Positions 1-8,333 of a stretch of 20,000 nt of DNA are shown here, piece by piece. Source of the DNA: Pseudogymnoascus verrucosus (Eukaryota); assembly GCA_001662655.1 (NCBI GenBank), contig KV460231.1. One strand, 5' to 3'. The position numbers and the translations under genes were made by a program. A model generated the notes under the pieces. That model was given only the letters and a program-made list of their open reading frames with translations. It made no database searches and was not told the DNA's origin. The first letter of the stretch is position 1, and every line of letters begins with the position of its first letter.

Positions 1-1618
1 CATACGCGGCCATCAGTTCCTCGTAGCCTTCCATTCTCATTGAGCCGCCGACGATCTCTCCGACGCCGGGCATGAGGACGTCGACGCTCTCGGTGACACG
101 CGGGTCGTTAGGGTCACGCTTCATGTAGAAAGCCTTGATAGCGGTAGGGAAGTGCGTGAGGAGGATAGGCAAGTTAATGATATCCGTCATCCTTCTTTCC
201 GCAGCCTCCGCAATATCGTCGCCGAAGACGTGGGGGTTGCCCTCCTCGTTGAGAATAGGGGGATCTTGGGCGTTGAGCCAGTCAATGGCGTCAGAGTAGC
301 GCATGCGCTTGAACGGGTGCGCGGGCGCCTTGAAGTCAGGGTTGAGCTCCTTGATGTATCCCGCGATCTCGGGGTCGGCGAGGATGGTCTCGATGACGGT
401 GCCGATCATCAGCTCGATGTGATCGAGGAGGTCGTCGAACTCGATGAAGTCCAGCTCGGCCTCGACGTGGGCGTACTCGGCCAAGTGGCGACGGGTGAGG
501 GATTTCTCGGCGCGGAAACTCTTCTCGATGCAGTAGACGTTGCCGAGGCTCTGGATGGCGGTCTCGAGGTAGAGTTGGGAGGACTGGGTGAGGTAGGCTT
601 TCTCGTCGTAGTAGGGGAGCTCGAAGAGGGTGGAGCCGCCTTCGACTTGGGTCTGGACGAGGGCTGGGGGGCTGACTTTGGTGAATTTAAGGTCCTTGTA
701 GGCTTTTGCGAAGGCCCATTCGACGGCGGAGCGGACTTTCATGACGGAGGAGGCGTTGTCGCCGCGGAGGACGAGGTGTCTGTTATCCAGCATCTGGGCG
801 TCCCACATGTTCTTCTCTGAGGAAACCTTGTTGGTGATGGCATCGTCGCCGCTGGGCGCGGAGCCAATAACCTTGTAGTAGTCGACCTGGAGCTCACGGC
901 CATCTGGAGCAGTGGCTCCGTCTGGAAGCTTGCGCATCTCACCGAACAGGGCAATCGAGGTGCCTTGGGCGAAGGTCAGAGCATCGTAGGTCTTGGTCAG
1001 GTCGCCGGTAAGGACACACTGCAGGTGACCGTAACCGTCGATCAGGGTTATAAATGTAGCCTGCTTCTGCTGTCTCAATCTGTGAATGCGTCCACAAATC
1101 TTGACACGTGCTCCCTTGACATCCCCCTCTCCCAGCTTGATATTCTTATCGCCGGTTGTAGTTCTCACAGCCTTTGGCAGCGACGCATCTTCCGTGAGGA
1201 CGATCTTCTTCGCGTCCTCAAGGTTGTTGAGGCGTTGCTGCTCCTTCTCAGCCTCGGCAGCGGCGATCTGCTGCTGCTTAACCAACTTCTTCTTGTGCTG
1301 GTCGAGCGCATTCTGGGCCTTCTTCACGGCGCTCTTCGCCGGCTCCTTCCACGCCAATCGCTCAGATGGGTCACCATCCGCGCTCACGGCGCCCGTAACA
1401 GACGCGCGCTGGAGATATGACTTGTTCTCCGCGCCGCCGTGCTGGATGAATGCATAACCCAAAGATTTGTACGGCTTTGCCTCGGAGCCATCTGCGCCCT
1501 CCTCGTCCTTGCCAGCGTCCAAGTCAATGTAGATCGCGTTGGTAGAATCGGTCTGTGCGCTTCTGGTCGGCAGAATCTCCTCGATCTTGGCCTTGACGGC
1601 GTCGAGAGTCGAAGCCAT
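1..1618 (-). CDS. DED81: Cytoplasmic asparaginyl-tRNA synthetase (class IIb), 3' end beyond the window edge
   Basis: Absent from the ORF track because no stop lies inside the window. ATG at 1618 reads MASTLDAVKAKIEEILP...IYIDLDAGKDEEGADGSEAKPYKSL. Further on are OB-fold IDGYGHLQCVL, TQVEGGSTLF, AYLTQSSQLYLE, motif 2 FRAEKSLTRRHLAEYAHVEAE and VDVLMPGVGEIVGGSMR. The start frame matches the frame at the window edge, so no intron is needed (~539 codons visible). Confidence 0.96.
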   Translation of the reverse strand, partial: MASTLDAVKAKIEEILPTRSAQTDSTNAIYIDLDAGKDEEGADGSEAKPYKSLGYAFIQHGGAENKSYLQRASVTGAVSADGDPSERLAWKEPAKSAVKKAQNALDQHKKKLVKQQQIAAAEAEKEQQRLNNLEDAKKIVLTEDASLPKAVRTTTGDKNIKLGEGDVKGARVKICGRIHRLRQQKQATFITLIDGYGHLQCVLTGDLTKTYDALTFAQGTSIALFGEMRKLPDGATAPDGRELQVDYYKVIGSAPSGDDAITNKVSSEKNMWDAQMLDNRHLVLRGDNASSVMKVRSAVEWAFAKAYKDLKFTKVSPPALVQTQVEGGSTLFELPYYDEKAYLTQSSQLYLETAIQSLGNVYCIEKSFRAEKSLTRRHLAEYAHVEAELDFIEFDDLLDHIELMIGTVIETILADPEIAGYIKELNPDFKAPAHPFKRMRYSDAIDWLNAQDPPILNEEGNPHVFGDDIAEAAERRMTDIINLPILLTHFPTAIKAFYMKRDPNDPRVTESVDVLMPGVGEIVGGSMRMEGYEELMAAY

Positions 1619-1723
1619 CGTAGTCGCGGTGGGGGGGAAGTTGTGTTTATTTTTATTTCTTGTAACTCTCTTTCATCCCACAATGCCAGCGAGCCCTTTG
1701 GTGGGGGTTGTCCTCACCGCCTC

Positions 1724-1730
1724 TGAGTCA
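1724..1730. promoter_or_regulatory. Gcn4/CPC-1 (CpcA) response element TGAGTCA (=TGACTCA)
   Basis: Perfect 7-mer about 106 bp upstream of the AsnRS ATG. Aminoacyl-tRNA synthetases are established cross-pathway-control targets in fungi. Confidence 0.6.
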
Positions 1731-1776
1731 CTAAGGGAGTCTGCCGTAAACGGATTAGCGCCTAATTAACACGGAC

Positions 1777-1849
1777 GACGCGCTTTCCGTGCCGGCGGCC
1801 CAAGTCGCGACTTATGGAATTCTAGGCAGGCAGGCGGTCGGTCGCGAGG
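1777..1849. promoter_or_regulatory. Cluster of CGCG-core (MCB-like) elements upstream of DNA ligase I
   Basis: GACGCGC (1777-1783), the 12-bp palindrome AAGTCGCGACTT (1802-1813) and GTCGCGAG (1841-1848). CDC9-type genes are classic MBF G1/S targets. None is the perfect ACGCGT. Confidence 0.4.
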
Positions 1850-1893
1850 GAAGGTTTTAGAAGAGGGAATTCGAGTGCCTCTTTTTTTTTTCA

Positions 1894-4800
1894 ATGAACA
1901 AAGCAATTGTTGTGTCTCCAAGACGACTTTTAATCTCTGCTGTCAACCTATCTAGTCGGCTTTTGGTTCTTAGGTCTTCCAGCACAATGCCTCCGAAACA
2001 GGCAACGCTTGGGTATGTAAAGCCTTCGCAGACTACGTTGGGGTGCGTGGAGAGCTATGAGCTGTCCAACTCCCCGGTTTTGGATATTGTTTCTGACGCT
2101 GCGGTTATACAGGAGGTTTTTTGGGGGTTCCAGTAGTGCGAATCCAGCTCCTCCGAAACAAACAACTCTCTCGTTTTCCTCGAAATCCACGAATGAATCC
2201 AAGGTCAAGACACCAGTGAAGAAAGAGGAGCTTGAGGATGAGGATACACCAAATGAGAACCGAACCCCTAAAAGTGATGAAGATGCTGTGAACGAGCAGC
2301 TGGCCTCGGAGTTGAAGGCTAGCCCTTCACCCAATGGCAAAGGTGCGTTTCCCCAACTCGGCTTGGCCATTATGGAGTGCAGGACCCCAATTAATTCAAT
2401 TCAGACTCCAAGAAACGGATTAGAGACGAGGCTCTGGAAGATTTCAAGAGTGAAGCTGCAGCATCCGACGAATCAAAAAAGCTAAAGGAGGAACAAGAGG
2501 AGGAAGAGGATGAGGAACCCGTCTTGAAACGATCGCGTCGAAGCGGCCAGGAATCTACGGTGTCGAAGAACGCATCCGAAACCAAGCCAAATAAGAAAGA
2601 TACTGCAGCAGCGAATAAGAAAGGCACGGGAAAGGCAGCTACTAAGGGTATCAAGAAGGAGATAGTCGAGATTGAAGACGATAAACCTCTCGCCAAGCCA
2701 GAGAGGAAAGCATCAGCCACCCCCGAAGCCAGCTCAGAAGTAGAGGAGGAGATTGAAGAAGATGAGGAGGATGAGAAGCCAGAATTGGCTGCGAAAACCC
2801 GAGAGAAGATACAAACAACCCTGAAGTCGAATAGCAAGGACCCATATCCAGACTGGAAACCGGGAGAGCCAGTACCATACGCAGCACTCTGCACGACCTT
2901 TTCGCTCATTGAGATGACGACGAAACGTTTAATCATTGCTGCGCATTGCTCTCTCTTCTTGCGTCAAGTCCTCCGCCTCACACCCGACGATCTCTTACCG
3001 ACTGTTCTCCTCATGATCAACAAACTGGCGGCAGACTATGCTGGCATTGAGTTGGGTATTGGCGAGTCGCTCATAATGAAAGCTATCGGCGAAGCCACCG
3101 GCCGAAGTCTGGCAGTCATCAAGCAGGATCAAAAGGAGATCGGCGATTTAGGCCTGGTGGCTGTCAAGAGCAGGTCTAACCAGCCGACCATGTACAAACC
3201 CAAGCCGCTGACGGTCAGGGGTATTCACAAGTCTCTGTTGAATATTGCAGTGATGCAGGGCAATGGAGCACAGACCCGCAAAGTGGACGGTATCAAGAAA
3301 CTGCTCTCTGCTGCTGATAGCGGAGGCGGTAAGGTCGATCTTGCAAAGGACAAGGGAGGCCCAAGTGAAGCCAAGTTCATCGTCAGGTTTCTGGAGGGTA
3401 AACTAAGACTCGGCCTGGCTGAGAAGACGGTCTTGGTATCGCTGGCTCAGGCCATGGTCTGCCACGAGACCGAGAGTAAAGGAAGAGATAAGGTGCCTTC
3501 TACGGATCAGTTGGCTAAGGGGGAGCAAGTCCTGAAAGCCGTGTACAGGTAAGTCAATTCTTCCCACGTGTAAGATCCAGACTCTAATCTATCAAATAGT
3601 GAACTCCCCAGTTACGATGTAATTATCCCAGCTATGCTCCAGCATGGCATCTTCAACCTCCGAGACAACTGCAAGCTCCAGCCAGGAGTACCTCTCAAAC
3701 CCATGTTGGCAAAGCCAACCAAGGCCATTACAGAAGTCCTTGATCGATTCGAAGGCCAGACATTCACTTGCGAGTACAAATACGATGGCGAAAGAGCCCA
3801 GATTCATTACGTATCCAAAGACTCCGAGACAAAATACCAAAGCAGCGTTCCCGCAGCAGCCAAGGGAACAGCAGGTGGACTCGCAGCCATCTTCTCGCGC
3901 AACTCGGAGGACCTATCCAAGAAATACCCCGATATCTTAGAGAAGCTCGGCACGTGGGTCAAGCCGGAGACCAAGAGCTTCGTCCTCGACTGCGAAACCG
4001 TAGCCTGGGACACGGTAGAGAAGAAAGTGCTCCCCTTCCAGCAACTCATGACGCGCAAGAAGAAGGACGTCAAAACCGAAGACGTCAAAGTCAAAGTCTG
4101 CGTCTTCGCCTTCGACCTCCTCTTCCTCAACGGCGAAGCCGTCGTCGAAAAGCCCCTCCGGGAGCGCCGCTCCCTCCTGCACACCGCCTTCACCCCCGTC
4201 GAGGGCGAATTCGCCTTCGCCACCTCCATGAACGGCCAGGAAATCGACGACATCCAAACCTTCCTCGACGAGTCCGTCAAGGCCTCCTGCGAGGGCCTCA
4301 TGGTCAAGATGCTCGACGGCGTCGAGTCCGGCTACGAGCCCAGCAAGCGCTCCCGCAACTGGCTCAAGATCAAGAAGGACTACCTCGCCGGCATCGGGGA
4401 CTCGCTCGACCTCGTCGTCCTCGGCGCTTACCACGGAAAGGGGAAGCGAACCAGCGTGTATGGCGCGTTCTTGCTAGCCTGTTATAATCCCTCCACCGAG
4501 CGCTACGAAACAGTCTGCAACATCGGCACGGGCTTCAGCGAAGAGGTCCTCGAGACCCTGCACGCCCAACTCTCCGACACCGTCATCGATCGCCCCAAAC
4601 CCTTCTACGAGCACAGCAAGGTCAACGCGCACCAACCCGACGTGTGGTTCGAGCCGCGCTATGTGTGGGAGGTGCGCACGGCGGACTTGACGCTCAGCCC
4701 GAAGTATCGCGCTGGGTATAAGGAGGGCATCGCCGGGGATGCGGAGAAGGGGGTTAGTTTGAGGTTTCCGAGGTTTATTAAGATTAGGGATGATAAGAAG

Positions 4801-4899
4801 GTTGATGAGGCGACGAGTAGTAGACAGATTGCGGAGATGTATAGGAGGCAGGAGAGTGTTAGTAAGGGGCCCGCGGCGGATGATGATTTTGAGTATTAG
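1894..4899 (+). CDS. CDC9: DNA ligase I (Cdc9/Cdc17); exons 1894 or 1987-2042 (alt. donor after 2012), 2113-2342, 2405-3548, 3600-4899; ~909 aa from ATG 1987
   Basis: Adenylation motif EYKYDGERAQIH, plus FVLDCE, VFAFDLLFLNG, CEGLMVK, WLKIKKDY and SLRFPRFIKIRDDK. DNA-binding domain GEPVPYAAL...LEGKLRLG. Introns 2043-2112 (GTGCGT..CTGAC..CAG), 2343-2404 (GTGCGT..CAG) and 3549-3599 (GTAAGT..CTAAT..TAG) all preserve frame; the last gives VY-S-ELPSYD. Confidence 0.97.
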
Positions 4900-5247
4900 A
4901 TACTCTTATACTGGGTTTGCGGTTCGTGGGTGGGCGAGCGTTGGAGTTTATGGGATGGGCGGGCGCGCTTTGCTTTGATTTGAAGGGGAAGGGGTGTGTA
5001 TACATATGAGCGTGGCTTAACTAGGAAATATTTGCTTGTTTTAAATTCAAACGATATTTTCCACAAAAATCAAACCAAAAACGTGAAATCGCAGAATTAT
5101 TGACACCAACCATATTATCAAGTCTAACTTTGTGTGTGTGAGTGAATGCAGATTATCGAATTATCAAATTATAATTACTAATTCCCTATTTCCCTATTTC
5201 CTTCCTTATCACCGAACGTTTTTACCAGCCAATGTATGCATATCCAC

Positions 5248-7018
5248 TCATTGACCAATACACCCCCCCCTCTCCTTCCTCTCCTTCACCTCCTTCCCCC
5301 CCTTCAATCCCATCCCCTCTTTCTCCCTCACCCCATTCCCCTCCTTCTCCCCCTCCCCCTCCTCCTCCCCCCCTTGTCTACCCAACCAACACCCCTCCCG
5401 CCCACCACCCTCCGCTCCTTTCGTCCCCTGATACCAACCCCCCCCCAACACCCCCTCCACCCTCCCCCACTCCCCCACCTTCCCAAGACTCTTAACATCC
5501 AAATCCCCCAACCTGGCCCTCAGCACCCCTTCCCCATCAGGTACAACAAGAAAGACTGTGACGTCGCGGAGTGTCATGGCGATTTGTAGGCCTTTGAGAG
5601 AGGTGGATGAGGAGGGGGAGGAGGGGGAGGAGAGGAGGTGTGAGACGCCGTATGGGTCGCAGGTTGTTTGGATGTGGCGGAGGTGGCGGAGGAGGGGGGA
5701 TGTTAGGGCCCAGGAGGTTAGGCGGCTGAGGGTGTGTAATTGTTCCGAGGTCGCGGCGGTGGGCGGTGTGTCGTTGTGGTTGGCATTGGGTACAACGTTT
5801 TGGGCAGCAGGTTTAGTACTCCCGTCCTCGACAACGCTACTGCCATTTTGGGTAATAGAGAGACTGGTGCTGTCAGTAGGAGCAGAAGCAGGTAACCCAA
5901 GCAACAACCCCGCAGCGCGTCGCACATCAGCAGGAGAGGAGGAAATCAGGTCCAGTGGACAGAAAGAGGGTTTTGAGATGCCTCGCTTGGCGTGGAGGGC
6001 GCAGGTGCGGCAGCGTTTTGAGCCGGGGGGGGCGGAGGGGGAGGGGGCGAGCCATTTGGGTTTGAATTGGATTAGGGTTGATGATGTTGCTGGGGGGGGT
6101 TGTTAGTTTTGTCTTTCGCTGTGTATATTAGACTGGGAGGGGGGAAGAGGGAGGAGAAAGGGGAGAGGGAGGAGAAAGGGGAGAGGGAGGAGAAAGGGGA
6201 GAGGGAGGAGAAAGGGGAGAGGGAGGAGAAAGGGGAGAGGGAGGAGAAAGGGGAGAGGGTGGGAGGGGGAGAAGGAGGAAGGGGCAAGGGAGAAGGGAGA
6301 AGGGGGAACTGGAGAAGGGGGAAGTGGAGAAAGGGAGAAGGAAAAGCAGACATACGAGGCGACATATCCGTAATAAGAAGCGCATGCGGATCATCCGCCA
6401 AATAAACCCCATGCCTCTGCCTCGGCCGCGGCGAATCTGCGGATGCCTCCTCGGCGGCTCGCAGAGCAGCGTTGAGAGTCTGGATTAGGTGCGATGAACC
6501 GAGGGAGACGAGACGGATGTCGATTAGGTCTTCAGCGGGGAAGAGCGGCGCGATGGAGGTGCGGAAGGCGATGTGGGCGTCGAGTGTGGGCGTGGTGGTG
6601 GGGAGGTCTTTGCGGAAGCGGAGGAGTTTGCCTGGTGGGGGGTGGTGTTAGGTTGTTGTTTGATTTGTGGGGGGAGGGGAAATTTGGGGGAGGTGAGGGG
6701 GGTAGTGGTGAGAGATGGGGGGTAATGGCTTCATTGTGTGAGCTCTGCCCAGGGGTGTAGGAAAGCTCCAGGACAAGGGCGTGGGATGCTCAAAAAGGGG
6801 AATCACGTGATAGTTCGACTGAATCTGAGAAAGAACATACCGTGCCAGGGATTAGTTGCTGTGTCCTCTCCTTTCTCCTGTATATCGCCATGTTGGGGCG
6901 TGTTACTCTGCGGAGGGACGTTTATAGAGTAAACCACGTTTGCAGCGCCCTCGCTCAGGTAGGTGGCCGAGATGTTGCTGGGTAGCTCCAGGATCGTGTC
7001 TGGTGGGAAGTCCATCAT
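5248..7018 (-). CDS. IPK1: Inositol-pentakisphosphate 2-kinase; exons 7018-6841, 6631-6356, 6089-5248; ~431 aa
   Basis: Family motifs YLSEGAANVVY, GKLLRFRK, QFKPKWLAPSPSAP..RCRTCA, FCPLDL, AMTLRDVTVF and GDLDVK. Introns 6840-6632 and 6355-6090 start GTATGT, have CTAAC branch points, end in CAG, and are both phase 1 with the frame restored. Confidence 0.9.
6146..6259. repeat. 18-bp pure-purine minisatellite (AGAGGGAGGAGAAAGGGG) x6.3 in IPK1 intron 2
   Basis: Six identical tandem copies plus a partial seventh. Shows up as (REEKGE)6 in the spurious ORF 6100-6405. Confidence 0.95.
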
Positions 7019-8333
7019 TCTGGGGTATGTGATATTAGAGATTAGAGATTTCTAGGTAGCAGAGGTGTATGCAGGTGGATGGGATGGGCTGCTGCGGCGA
7101 TTAGGGATTGTTATATGCGTATATGGGGTGCTCCTTCCTCGCGGGCATGGGCGAGGTGGAGGAGTGTGGTGGCGGGATCGAGAGAAGGTGCAACGGTGAC
7201 AAATCCATATATAGGGTAGGTATATAGAAGATATATATTTTGAAAGGGTAGTAGATAAGTGCGTTCAGTCGATGATTGCACAGTATATGTTGTACTTGGA
7301 TAGGAATATAGAATGGAAGAAAGGTGTTATGTCTGGGGGAAGGAGCCGCTGACACGGAAGCCGCAGGGCATATGCATATAAAAATCGGTCCAGACCAATG
7401 TGAAAAAGGTATATATAGTGGCACTAACAAACCAGCGGCTATGACGGTCCTGCCGTTATTCTAGGTCTTGGAACGTCAAATAAATAGGAAATAATAGAAA
7501 TAATATTTACTGTGGGTGTATATAAAATATATGTAAGTGTGTAAATATTAAATATTGACAATAGAGGTCTGTAGGTATTTTATTTTATTTTTAATTCCTT
7601 TTTGTCGTTATTTATGCAGGTCAAGCATTTAAACGCCTGACATTTCCTCTTAGTCAAATGCAGTGACACCAGTGGCGACCATTCCCGATTCTCGACCATC
7701 AGATGTTTTTGGTTGTTTGTTTGTTGTTTGTTGACATGTGTGGCTTACCTAATGCGGCCAATGACGATGGGAGCTCCAAGCTATTTTTTTTTGCTGCTGT
7801 TTTTTGCCCCATTTGCCGTATTTCTTATACCCGAATTTCTTCCTTCTTCCCTGTCTGCCCGCACAGCTGTGCACGGAACAGCCGAAACCTGGAGATCGCT
7901 GCACTATTCCCTTTCCCACATACACAATCTCCCTCCTTCCTCCTATCTCCATTTCTCCCTATCTCCACCTTTCCTCATCCTTCATCTTCATCTTTATAAT
8001 CACTCTTCTTCCTCTTGTTGTACTTTACGACCTCAACTGTCGCTTCGAATTGTCGCTGTACTCTTACTGTACTTACCCGGGTGTGTTTTCGTCAAGGAGA
8101 TTAAATTTAATTCCGACCGCGCATCAATCACGTTCACAATCACAATCACGCGACCCTTGTCCAACCAACAACCCAAGCCCGAGGAATCAAAGACGAAAGG
8201 TCCCGATATCGAAGAAGTCTTTTGCGATAAAGCTCTTCATCCTCTTCTGTCGCATATACGAAACAAACAAACAGAAATCGCCTCATCGCCACTACGACGG
8301 TGCTCATCCATCGTCTAATGTCTGCACCTCACC

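Noticed and set aside
152..1457. Plus-strand ORFs (222, 151, 123 aa) over AsnRS
   Set aside because: Antisense shadows of a codon-biased gene; no family motifs.
3768..4487. Alternative-frame and antisense ORFs (239, 166, 165 aa) within the ligase
   Set aside because: Explained by C-rich third positions suppressing stops; Arg/Pro-rich nonsense composition.
5232..5589. Extensin-like proline-rich ORFs
   Set aside because: Translation of the C-rich antisense strand of the IPK1 3' end.
6146..6259. CRISPR-like array
   Set aside because: Head-to-tail repeats without spacers in a eukaryotic intron.
6072..6412. ORFs with REEKGE / SPFSSL / SPLSPP repeats
   Set aside because: All are readings of the intronic 18-bp minisatellite; flanking splice sites remove it and restore IPK1 motifs.
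7480..7620. AT-rich patch as possible RIP-degraded transposon relic
   Set aside because: Short, with no terminal repeats or transposase remnants; consistent with an ordinary promoter spacer.
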